Shown: in pieces, positions 39,703-51,823 of the stretch
Numbering within the stretch: position 1 is the first letter of the stretch
Layout of the letters: every line of letters starts with the position of its first letter
From: Amoebidium appalachense
Taxonomy: Eukaryota; Protista; Ichthyosporea
Direction: 5' to 3'
Assembly: GCA_963693365.1 (NCBI GenBank)
Contig: CAVNZM010000005.1
Coordinates: 8,006,710-8,070,709, forward strand
DNA: 64,000 nucleotides
Notes under the pieces: model-generated
The model's database searches: none
The model's input: only the letters and a program-made list of their open reading frames with translations
What the model was told of the DNA's origin: nothing
Made by a program: the position numbers and the translations under genes

Positions 39703-41828
39703 ATGTTGACACACGTGGCTCTGCTGGTGGTTGGCCTGGCCGCCCCCCTGGCTTGGGCCACTGGCCCGCTCGGGGGGCTGCGCTGGACCTCGTGGGATGG
39801 CCAACAGGTGCGGCCTGCTGCGTGCTGGGAGGGGGCCCTGGCACGCTGAGATTGACGCTTGCCACAGACCTGCCGGCCGCTGAGCTACCAGCTGCCTGAG
39901 ACGGAGGACGACGTGGTTGCGCTGGTGACCAGCGCATATGAGCGCGGGGAGCAGGTCAAGGTGTGTGCAGCGGTCTGGGCGCCAGGGGTGACTCTCAGGA
40001 CTGACGGGGCAGCAGGTGGTGGGGGCCGGGCACTCGTTCTCGGGCATAGCGCTGGGGAGCGGCCACGTGGTCAGCCTGGACCGCCTGGCCGCGATACTGC
40101 ACGTGGACCGCACGCAGCCGGACACCCCCCTGGTCACCGTGCAGGTCCGCCCTCGACCTTGGGCCAGGCTGGCGTGTGCTGGGGGGGGGGGGGGAGGAGG
40201 ATTGCACTGATCATGAGGGCTGGGCACGCAGGCGGGTATACGGCTGCACGTGCTGAACGTGGAGCTGGAGCGGCTGGGCCTGGCGCTGGAGAACCTGGGG
40301 GCCACGGCCGAGCAGAGCATAGCCGGCGCCACAGCCACGGGCACACACGGCACGGGCCTGGACCTGGGCAGGTGCGTGCCTGGCCGAACGCAGGTTCAAA
40401 AAGAAAAAGGGCACTGAGGGGTGCGGGGCTGCAGCCTGAGCACGCACATAGTGTGGTTCCGCATGGTCACGGGCACAGGTAAGGTGCTGGAGGCGTCACC
40501 AACCCTCAACCCAGACCTGTTCAACGCCAGCCGTGTGGGTCTGGGTGCTCTCGGTATGCTTCCACCCTTCCCCCCTGCGCCTGTGCCGGTGGGCCCTGAC
40601 CCGCTGCTGCTCCCCAGGCATCATCACGGCTGTCCAGCTGCACTGTGTGCCGCTGTTCCGCCTTAAGTTGGAGGTGGGTGGGCCCGGCCGGGCCTGGCCC
40701 CACGTGGCGCGGGCTGACCCTGTGGGGCCCAGCTGATACCCATGGACCTCGACGCCCTGCTGGCCCAGCTGCCCCGCCTGCTGGCGTCCCACCCGCGGCT
40801 GCAGTGGTGGTGGGACCCGTACACGGCCAACGCCACGCTGCTGCTGCGCACCCCCACCACCGCAAACATCACGGGCTGCTGGGACCGCAAGCTGGACCCC
40901 CGGCCGGGGGGGGGCACGTGGTGTGTGGACGTCAGCTATAAGGCGCTGAGCGACAGCAGGGCAGCCTATGCGCGCCGCACCATCTACACCGAGATAGAGA
41001 TGTTTGTGCCCCTGCACCACGCCGCAGCCGCCGTGGCCGAGTTCCGGGCGCTTCAGGACCAGCTGCAGCCCCGGCACAATCCCTCCGTGGCTCTATTCAC
41101 GGGGGTGCGCTACGTGGCCGCGGTATGCCTCAGCCGGCTCCCATCGCCTGCCACCGGGGGCCAGTACTGACCAGCAGAGAGTGGGCAGGATGACATTTGG
41201 CTGTCGCCACAGGCCGGGCGGGCCAACGCTGTGCTGAGCATGATTGTGCACGGCACGGCCACCAGCCCGGCCAGCCCGGCCGAGTTTGACATGTACGCCC
41301 GCACCCTGCACGACCTGTGTGCCACAAATCATAGCGGCAGCCCCACTGGGGTAGGTGCCCGCCTGCCATGCTGCCTGGTGGTTTGTGTTGTTGGGGGGAT
41401 GTGCATGGCCCAGCCGTGCGCCTGGGGGCCAGTCACCCACTGGGCCCTGCAGGCAAGGCCAACTATGCCGACCACCAGCTGCTGGCCAGCCTCTACCCAA
41501 AGCTGCAGGCCTTTGCCGCCCTGCGCTGCCAGCTGGATCCAAAGGTAGCACGTGATCCATAGTGGCCCCCAATGCAAGCAACCCTACCCACCATGGCCAT
41601 GACTGCTTTGTGCCTGTGGGCCTGGTCGTGGTCGGTGCTTGTGGCTGCAGGGTTGGGGTGGCAGGGCCTAGGCATGCGGTGTCGCATGGGCTCACTTCTG
41701 TCCTCGTCGCGTCATGGTGCGTGAGGCCATGACTGGCATGCAGGTGGCCTGGCTGCTGACCTTGGGGCCTACAGGGTGTCTTTGACAACGACTATCTGGC
41801 CAGCCGCCTGGGCCCCATTGAGCCGTAG
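39703..41828 (+). CDS. FAD-linked aldonolactone oxidase (L-gulonolactone oxidase/ALO family) with predicted signal peptide; multi-exon
   Basis: MLTHVALLVVGLAAPLAWA; VVGAGHSFSGIA (covalent-FAD His); QSIAGATATGTHGTG; TEIEMFVP; PHWG|K; QLDP..GVFDNDYL. Confidence 0.88.
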
Positions 41829-42870
41829 GGAGCCTGCAAATGCGGCAATATAACCACACTATCAAACGTGATATGAAACATCAGATTTCGCATGTATGGC
41901 TATTAGAATAAGTAACATACAGACGATCTACCAACCTGGTAGTTCGTTTGGAGGATGCAAAGTTGCACTGATTAGGTAACAGATCCCTGCTTTGTGAAGT
42001 AGTCCTTGGCGGTAGTAGTGACGTAGTCAACGGTGTGGTCTGTGGCTGAACCTCATAAATATTGGCTCGGGTGCCCCGTTATGGCCGTAGGTGGCAGGCC
42101 CGCCTCGGAGCAGTCGAGGCAGACCATGCGGCAGCAAATGCAGACTCCAGGCTCCTGGGCATAGACAAAGAAACCGCTGCCTGGGCGGTGCTGTGGTGGC
42201 CCCCACACGGCCGTGGGTGCGTTGCAGACCGGCAGGATGGCTGGTGGCTGTTGTATGTGGGGCTGGCTCTGCCTCTGGCAGCTCGCTTGCCAACCAACCC
42301 AGTGGCCTACAACGGTCGTGGTTGCTTGCACCTGCAGTGATTTACATGCTGCTGCCGGCGTCAACTGCTGCACAGGTGTTTGCGCCAGCCTGCCTGCCTA
42401 GTTCGCCTGCTCCATCAATAAAGCCAGAGCACCCATTGATACCCGCCAAAGCCATGAATCCCCGTGCATGTCCTCGACAAGGACACATGTGTGCGCAGCC
42501 ACGGTTTCCAGGCACTTCTAATCAAACCGATTGCTGATTGGACTTCTCGAAGCAGACCACTCGATCTCCCGGGCACACTGGCTCTGAATATGTCGTCGGA
42601 ATAGGTCTGGGTGCACACCCACGTCCGCTCATAATTGCTTGCTCAGAAACATCAACACTTGCAATTATTTTCATAGATCTGCTGTAAGTTACTATGTTTC
42701 AGTCCTGACATGTCAAAACACACAGTCTTAGTGAAAGGCTGCACCAAATCAAAATTGACTTGAGACTCGTAACGGTCCTTTTTTGGCAGGTAGGCAACCA
42801 TGTATGGTTAGTTTTTCCGAGTTCCTACCTCCGACAAATGTGCCACTAATCAAATCTACCTCACTGTTGC

Positions 42871-43309
42871 ATGTTCCATCAACCAAGATAAAAGCCTTCA
42901 AATGTTCCGCCAACCAAAAATAAAGCTTTGAAATGTTCCGCAAACCAAAATAAAAGCCTTGAAATGTTCTGCCAACCAAAATAAAAGCCTTGAAATGTTC
43001 CACCAACCAAAATAAAAGCCTTGAAATGTTCCGCCAACCAAAATAAAAGCCTTGAAATGTTCCGTCAACCAAAATAGAAGCCTTGAAATGTTCCATCAGC
43101 CAAAATAAGAGCCTTGAAATGTTCCGCCGACCAAAGTAAAAGCCTTGAAATGTTTCGCCAACAAAAATAAGACCCTTTAAATGTTCCGCCAACCAAAAAA
43201 AAAGCCTTGAAATGTTCCATCAACCAAAATAAAAGCCTTGAAATGTTCCGCCAATCAAAGTAAAAGTCTTGAAATGATCCGCCAACCAAAATAAAAGCCT
43301 AAATGTTCC
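42871..43309. repeat. 31-bp minisatellite, about 14 units
   Basis: Consensus TTGAAATGTTCCGCCAACCAAAATAAAAGCC, head-to-tail with no spacers. Confidence 0.92.
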
Positions 43310-43693
43310 ATATATGAAATTGCCCAACTCTAGCATTGCCGTTTGACGTGCCGGTGTGTTATTTGGAATCCCAACAAAAATGGTGCCGACATTAGAAATC
43401 AAAGTGCTCAACCAATCAGGTTGCCGATTCCAGGTTGCCACTATGCTCACACACACAGGGCTAGGTTTCCCACACTCACCACCGGCATTCCTGCCACACT
43501 GTGGGAGCCCAGCCCAAGCTTTGCATGTGTCACGTCACACACAGCCTTAAGGCTGTGGGCATGCAGCGCAGAACAGGAGCCCAATGGCTCCCGCTGACAT
43601 GTCTCACACCAGATGCTTCCAGGAATGTAGGGCTGTGGTGCTCGTGTGAACCCTTCACGGCCATGCATGCCAGCAGTGCTGTTCCCTCGCGTA

Positions 43694-43789
43694 GTGGTGT
43701 CCGTGCATGACACTCAGTCTGGCATATGTGATATCATGTTAATTGTGGTGTCCGTGCATGACACTCAGTCTGGCATATGTGATATCATG
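43694..43789. repeat. Tandem duplication of about 45 bp
   Basis: GTGGTGTCCGTGCATGACACTCAGTCTGGCATATGTGATATCATG present twice. Confidence 0.85.
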
Positions 43790-44289
43790 ATGTCGAGCAT
43801 GTTCATCACAGTGGCAGGCACGGCATGGCCTTAGGTACGTGTAGTGCTGGCCGGCAGGCGGGCGGGTGGGCGGGCGGGCGGGTGGGCGGGTGGGCGGGGA
43901 GGCATATAGGGCCCAGTTATGCGATTGGGTGAATGTGGTTTTGAATGTGGGTGGGGAGAGGGGGCGGTGGGGGGAGGGGGAGGAGGGGGGGATGCCTGGG
44001 CTGAGTGAGTGTGTGTGTTTGCACGTGTTTGCGACGTGCATGTGAGTGGGCTGGGGAGGGGGAGGGGGGAGGGGAGAGGGGGGGGGAGGTTAAGATGTGT
44101 GGGTGTAGTCGTAGGTATGGCTATTGGGCATCGTTGTGCATGTCACGTGGGTGTGTGGGTGGGGGGTGGAGGTATAGGGTGACTGAGTAGGTATGTGGAT
44201 GTCAGTGTGGGTGAGTGTGTGTGTGTTTGTTTGTGGTCAAGTTGTGCGGGAGTGTGCACCTTCATCAGCAATCTTGCCGAAACATCCGG

Positions 44290-44680
44290 AACCCATAAAA
44301 GATACATTGAAGATATCCATATACTCAAACCCATCCTGAACATAACCCTACATCCAGTTCATGGGTTTAAGATATGTAAATATAAATGGATATTAATCTT
44401 GGATATCTACGGCTAATATGTATATAGATATCTGTTAAAACCCTGATATCCATTGGATAACTACTGTTAGGGATCCACTAGATATCCACGGGAAACGTGA
44501 TATCCAGTGGATATCGAACACTAGATATGCAAATACACATGCACAACATATATACTGGATATGCAACGAAGGTATCCAGTGACTGGAAACCTGCCGAAAA
44601 CCCTATCCATTATGATACGTAATATATATATATATATAACATGCATAAAAGGTGCACAATCGAGATCCAATTGATATGCT
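44290..44680. repeat. Cluster of GGATAT/ATATCC/GATATC motifs in both orientations
   Basis: About a dozen GATATC-like words in about 400 bp of AT-rich DNA. Confidence 0.5.
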
Positions 44681-45790
44681 GCGTTGAGGACGGCGGTCTG
44701 TTACACACTAAGTATGGCAATTTATGAATACTTGGACGTTTATTGATGCTCATAAGCTGTGGCAACCTGGCCGTAATGTAGATGTGACGAGGGAACTGTA
44801 CGTGACTGTATCAATACGATGGCCTACAGGCAATAGTGATGACCATAGACAAGCAATGCCTATTCGCTATGCGTGTTATTTCCCTTAGTTGTGACCATGT
44901 ACTAAGAAGGGGAAAGACCCTGTCTAACTAACGAATTCTAACTACCTTTTATACTTTCTAGCGCTCTTGGCTACACTAAATATTATGTTAAAAGAGTTCC
45001 GACATCTATGTACAAAGTGCGCGGCTACAGATCTAACCAATCAATCTATTCGATCTATTCTTTGCTCACTATGATGTCATCCTATAAGACCTTATGAGTG
45101 GATCCGGCTCACAGCTACTTATCATATAGAGACAGCACGTACAGGGCATATTTACATTACAAGTTACTACATATTTCTCTAGAATGACAGATATATATCA
45201 GCCTTATATCATTGTTAATTATTTACACACTTCTGTTAATTGATTTCATCTCTCTGTAAGAATATAAGTACAAGCCTCATGGCAATCTTTCGCCGGCGGC
45301 TCGTGGCTCTTGGCTCATGGCTTTTCGCCATATACAGCTAAGTCTATTGATTGTTCATTCGCTCACACTCATTCACAACATTCCATAATTAGATTGCCTT
45401 TCGCGTACAGGTACACTCGTATACATGTGTTCATTGTTTAAGACATAATATGTTAGCAAATATGTGTTACACTAATAACGGGAATAAACCTTCGTAATCT
45501 TTTACATGCCTCTGGTAAGATAGATGGCTCATGGGAGCTTCCCATGGTCTCCAGACACGTGGTTATAAGACATGATCAGGGTACATTGCACGGACATACG
45601 GCCGTGTTTATTTCAATTTATTGATCTAGGATCTGGCCAATCAAATCAGTGTACAAGGATGCCTTCCTTTCGACCCCCTGCTGAGGTATGACGTCCCCGT
45701 CATACTTGGTGGTCCGATTGGTGCATCTCAAACATGGTATTTTGCCGGTTGAGTGATTGGTAGACCTAAATTTTGGGTAATCCAATCGTT

Positions 45791-48700
45791 TCAGTTTTTC
45801 GCGGGGTGACGGAAAGCATAGTCGAACGTAGGTATCGGAACCATGGAAGCAGTAGTAGTAAGTTTAGCTATATCGGATAGTGATTCACCTAAATTGTGTT
45901 CTAACTCCCAATTCTCTCTGCCATCAGACCATTTTATACGCCAGAACCTACCATCTTTCGTTGTCACTTGTCCAGTAACTTCGATGGGTGTTGCATCACG
46001 TGGAGGTGGCAGGTCGGAATCGATAGCATCTGTGATTGGCATAGGGATTTTATCAGTGGGCCGTACGTTGGGATTGTGATAGGGCTTGAGCCGGGTGACG
46101 TGCACAGGGGCTTTCACTTTCCATCCTCGTGCATTCACTAAGTAGTAAGTGGAGTTTGTAGCCTTTTTACGTATGGTGTATGGCCCATGCCAGCAGTGCA
46201 AAAGCTTTGTCGACACACCCTTTTTCTTTTGCGGTGTGTACAGCCATACCTTGTCACCTGTGTCCCAACTGCGTGTTTTTGCACGTTCGTTACGTTTAGC
46301 TACTTGTTTTTGTCTTTCAGTACGTGACAAATCAGAGGCAGTTGCATGTGCGAAACGCAGTTTATCTAATAGCTCCAAATAATACTCATTTTGGGAGGCA
46401 GGGACGGTGTCGGGTGTATTAATCAAACGATTATAAGGCAGTTGCAGCATTCTTCCATACAATAGCTCTGCCGGTGTGTATCCTGTGCTGGAGCACACAG
46501 TGGTTCGGCATGCCAGAAGAAAATAAGGTACAAATAAATCCCAAGAACGTAGATAATCAAGTGTGAACATAGACAGATTGTTTCGTAGATCTCTATTTAA
46601 TCGTTCACACAATCCATTCGCATCGTGATAGTGTGCAGGTGTGAGCTTGGGGTCGGAGCCTAGGGCTTTGCATATAGAAGTAAAAAGAATGCTCTTAAAG
46701 TAACCTGCTCTATCCATTCGAAACACTTTTGGTGTGCCATGCCTACATATTAGTTCTTCCACTAATATTTTTGCAACGATTTCTGAAGTGGGCTCGGGTA
46801 TAGGCCAGGCTTCGGGCCACCGGGTGAATTCATCTATAGCTACTAATATGTGTGTGTTTTTGTTTCAGGTTTCGGGTGTGAAAGGGCCCACAACATCAAG
46901 AGCAACAATAGAAAAGGGTGCTTCGGGCTCTCTCACAGACTTAGGTACGTTCATACGCGGGTACGGCTTCCGTGTTGCGCAAATTTTACATGCTCTGCAC
47001 CATGCAAGTATGTCAGCATACATGTCGGGCCAAAAATACTGCGTGCGCGCTTTTAGATATGTTTTGCTAAATCCGTAGTGACCTGCAGAGAGGTCTTCGT
47101 GGCAAGCAGTAAATGTTTGAAATTTCAGGCCGTAGGGAACATACAGTGCATGTCTGAGTGTGTCTTTGGGGTCTTTTCGGCTTTGTGGTATGTACACTTT
47201 ATATAGAATACCATCGTACACTGTGTATGCGTCTTTGCAAAGTAATATCTCTCTGTAGTATTTATCATTCGAAGGTATAATTTTACATAACACATAGTCA
47301 ATTATTGCTTTACACCGTTCATCAGAATTCTGATAAGCTCTTACCTCCTCAGGTGTTATTTGTCGGAACCGTGGTTCTACCCATGTGAGTTTGTCTGTGG
47401 TGGGGGCCGGTAACTGAGGTTCTGTGGCTTGTGGCTCGGTCACAGTGACTGTGTGTGGCAGTGGTGGCTGCGCGTGCGTATCGCTGACTGCGCTGCCGGT
47501 GTCTGTTGCTGCCGTTTCGTCTTGCTGTGTGGCCGTGATGGTAGGTGTATCTTTCGTGTGTGACTCTGTTGTACTTGTTGTGTCTGTGTGTGGTGTGTTT
47601 TGTGTGAGTGAGGTTGTGTCTGTGTCTAGTTTTTGTCGTTTTGTTTTGTGTCGTGTGTGTGTGTAGGCTGTAGGTGTTGTGTTTATATCTGTTATCATTC
47701 GAGCTTCCGTCCTTCCCTTTGTTGAACGACTACGCAATCCCTCCCTAGCCATCAACGCCACTTGCGGGGCTAGATCGGGGGCCGGGGCTAGTGTTCTCAT
47801 GCTGGGCGCAACAGGCATGCTGTTAACTTGTGGAGTATTCTGACGTGTTTCCCCCTCTAGGAAAAACGGCTCCTGACGTTTTATGGTGGCCACGTGCAAG
47901 TTAACAGTGTTAAAGCCATCCTCTACCGCACTCGCCTTGGGGGTAGAGATAGCTGGAAGGCGGGAAAGAGCATCTGCATTCGTGTGCTGGACGCCGGGGC
48001 GAGGTATAATTGTAAAATCCATCGCCTGTAATTTCAGTGCCCATCTTTGTAACCTTGGGTTAGGTAGTTCTTTTGTGAGTAGTGCTTTCAAGGCAGTGTG
48101 GTCGCATATAACTTTAAAATGTGAACCGTAAAGATAGGGGCGAAAGTGTTCTGTGGCCCAAACGAGAGCAAGACATTCGAGCTCTGTGACTGCATAATTT
48201 TTCTCGGCTGCATGCAAACTTCTGCTTGCATATGCAATCACATGTAGCAACCCTTCATCTCCTTCTTGTTCCAAAACTGCACCTAATCCTGCGTAGCTCG
48301 CGTCTGTGTGTAAGATAAATTCTCTATCAAAGCGGGGGTGTGCGCATATGGGTGCAGACACCAGTTTACCTTTTAACTCTTCAAATGCTTGTTGCTGTAC
48401 TTCTCCCCACTGCCACTCTGCATCTCCTTGTTGTAGTTTCCGGAGGGGGGCAGTGATAGCACTAAACTGGGGGACAAAACGACGGTAGTATGAGCACAAG
48501 CCAAGAAAAGAGCGTAATTCGCTAATATTTCGCGGTATAGGCCAGGTCTGGACTTTCTCTATTTTTGATTGGTCGACTGAAATGCCGTCAACCGAGACTA
48601 TGTGGCCTAGGTAAGTTGCACTGTGTGTGGCAAATGTACACTTAGTTAGATTCACACATGCACCTGCCTGGTTTAGTCTGCGTAAAACGTCGTCTACATG

Positions 48701-51638
48701 CTCTAGATGCTCCTCCCATGTTTTTGAAAAAATAGCTATGTCGTCTAGATAAGCACGTGCGTATGCATGTGTGCCGTTCAAAATCTGATTTACGACTTTT
48801 TGAAACGTTGCTGGGCTGTTACTTAAACCAAAGGGCATTATTTTAAATTGATACAAACCTTGGTGTGTGATGAAGGCGGTGATTTCCTTTGACTCTTCGG
48901 CCATTTTAATTAACCAAAAGCCATGCGCTAAGTCGAGAAAAGAATAATATTGGCAACCAGCAAACGAATCAAGTGCATCAGAAATAGAGGGGAGGGGGTA
49001 CGCATCTTTTTTAGACACGGCATATATACGTCTGTAATCTACGCAGAAACGCAACTTGGTTGTTCCCTTCTTTGGTACAATAACCACTGGGCTCGCCCAC
49101 GGGCTCTTACTCACCTCTATTGCATCTATGCGTAGCATTTCTTCTATCTCTTTTCGAATCACTTCTCTTTCTGCGTGCGAAGTGCGATAGTTTTTGCTTG
49201 CAATGGGTGGATGCCTACCAACATCAACATAATGCCTTATACCCAGTTTGTCCATACTTGCAACACGTACGGTGAACACATCGGGATAGCGGGCAATAAT
49301 GGTTTGTATTTGATTTACCTGGCTTTTATTTAGTTTCTCACCGAACCGGGCCTGTACAGGTGGGGAGGCCACTGCGGTGTTGGGTGGTGGCAACGTGCCT
49401 GCTTCACCATGGGTGTCAGAGTCACTATCATCACTGAGAAAGGCACTAGAGAGGCCTATGAATGCTGAATTTAACAAAGGAGAGGTATGTATACCTGTTG
49501 CTGCGCGATCTATGTACATTTTTTGTACACTACTATCGCTATCTGGGCTATGGTCGGTGCATTTAAGCATAATAGTATCATCATCCCTTGCGTGAGAAGG
49601 AGAGGAGGGAGATGTATCTACCGACATATAATTACTGGCAGAAGCAGCGTTATCATATAATAAGTTAGGGCTAATCATTGGGCTATTAGTATTATTTAAG
49701 GTGGTGCCGTCAGATGTAAGTGTAGAAGCATCTGGTCGGAGCTCGGGTGGGGCGGGTGGAAACTGACTTGTTGTTGTGCAGGTGGGTGCTGATAGGTCCA
49801 GGCGCTCGTTCACTTGCTGTGTCAGCTCCGGGGTCCAGTACACAAGCTGGTTACTCCCCTGGGGTGAACCACCGAGTGTTAGTCCCATGGACGCGGGGAA
49901 AATAGAGCCTAGCATGCCCTGAGTGAGTGTTTGTAAGTTTTCTTCCTTTGTGTCTAGCAGCGTTACATGTGCAACAACAAAATCCCGGGGGAGTGTGTGT
50001 GTGTGTGTAGTTGTACACAGCAATGGAAGTGGGGTGGGGTGTTGCATGTGTGAGGATAGGACAGACAAAGCTTCGGTATGTGTGGGAGAGGTCATGTGAT
50101 GTGGTGTATGTGGCAGCAAAAGGGCCGGGGGGAGGGGGTAGAACAATTAGTATGTCTATCATGTTCAAACCAGGTGCGAGGTGTTGTTGGTGCACGCATT
50201 TTGCAAGGAAGGGAGTGTGTGGGAGTGGTTGGGGTGGGTTGTGTGAATGCAGTGGTGTGGGCGGTGGGTGTGTGGTTGTGGGTGCGGTTGTGTGTGTGTA
50301 TGCACGTGTGTGTCTGTGGGTGTGTGCTGGGGTGGGTGGGTGGGTGTGGTGCCACTGGGTGGTTTTAAACTCTGACCTTCGTTTTTGTCCTCCTTTGTAG
50401 GGGCATCGGTCATCTCTGAGTCCACACTGTTGTGCTGGAGCAGGCATCGAATGGGGATGCCGTACTCGACTACACCCTCGGGTTCCAGCACCATGAAGGC
50501 CACGGTGTCAAAGTAGCTGTAGTTGGTGGCGTGTTTGCGCTCGGGCCTGGGGGAGGCAGGTAGGACAGTGGCTGCGCCGTTGTGGAGGTTGTATTGTGCG
50601 ATGAGTGTGGCCATGCGGTCCTTATCGGTGGCCGGGCACACAAGCTTCGCGGACTGGCGGCCTATAGAGTGCCAGGCGGTGGTAAATTCGTCCAGAGTTG
50701 TGCACACGGGGCGCGAGCCAGGGGTGGAGTTGCGATAGATGGACTTCATAGACCTTTAGAGCTCGTATAATTCCTCCTCGGATGTGGGCTCCTGTTTGAT
50801 TTCGTCCGCCCTCAGTAGTGTATCCCCGTTTTCTCCCAATTCGCGGCCAATATCCGCGAGGGTGGTGGTCTCGTATGGCTCTTCATCGCTGTCGTATGCG
50901 ATATCGAGGCCGGGGATGCGGGTAAAGTTGGTGGTGGCTGTGTTGAGGGGATGTGAGTGAGGGTCTGTAAAAGTGGGGATGTCCACAACAAAGCCATTTG
51001 GAAATATGAGGGTGAGTGTATCCCAATTATATGAGATATTCCCTAGGCGAGATAGTGTGATCCAAAATTCGTTTCCAAGTAAAATGGGAGTTTTAAGTGC
51101 TAGGTGAGAGCTAGCAGAATCGATCACACGGAATGGATGGGTGACAGCAACTTCATTTCCGTTTTTGCCTCTCAAAGTGATTTGCACGCTTGCTTTTTCT
51201 GTTACTTTTACAGCTTGGCTCCCTATACCGTACACATCCACAGGGGTATTTAAAGCTTCTATGGTTAAACCTAATTTAAGGGCAAGTGAACGTGGGATGA
51301 GGGCGGGGCCAGCACCAGTATCTATGCATGCAATAGTAGGCTGTGAATTTATATAACACGAAAGCATAGATGCAGCCGCACGTGTGTATGGAATATGGTG
51401 ATGCGTGTGTTCACCTGCGTAGTACGCTGCGACGGTGGGGCTCATGTACGCCAGATCATCGGTCTTGTTGTACTTGGCGATGGGCGAATAGGATCCCCAG
51501 AATGGAGATGATGTGCGCTTCTGGTAGTGGGTGGAGTCCGTGGAGATGGGACTGTCACTCAGGCGACTGTATTTGGCGGAGCTACCAGAGTCTAGGGAGG
51601 ACGGTGGGGACTCGGTGTCACTGAAGTGAAGGATGCGG
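45791..51638 (-). mobile_element. Ty3/Gypsy chromovirus-like pol (PR, RT, RNase H, integrase, chromodomain), with a few frameshifts; gag mostly lost
   Basis: CIDTGAG (PR); SPWASP, FCVDY, LDLAHGFW, MPFGL, YLDD (RT); TDAS, ELECLA, NADALSR (RH); H..H/C..C, ALDVVGP, DRAGYF, NGLCER, HGPY (IN); FWRIKW..GRENWELEHNL (chromodomain-like). Confidence 0.93.
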
Positions 51639-51823
51639 TGTAACTTAGAGGTTTCTCTGTGAGACTTTATTATTTGCTGACTTCCATTGACTGGCCCGCC
51701 GGGACCTTTATATACTTGTGGTCTGGCTCACTGGAATGTTACATACTATTCCCGATTGGTCTACCCGCCGCTATGGATCTAGTCGCTACCAATCAAAGCA
51801 CTCCAATAGAATCTTCTAGACTC
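51639..51823 (-). repeat. Partial LTR of another element, interrupted at 51824
   Basis: TGTAAC terminus; TATATAAAG and AATAAA on the minus strand. Confidence 0.45.

Noticed and set aside
42871-43309. CRISPR array
   Set aside because: Units are head-to-tail with no unique spacers, there are no cas genes and the context is eukaryotic.
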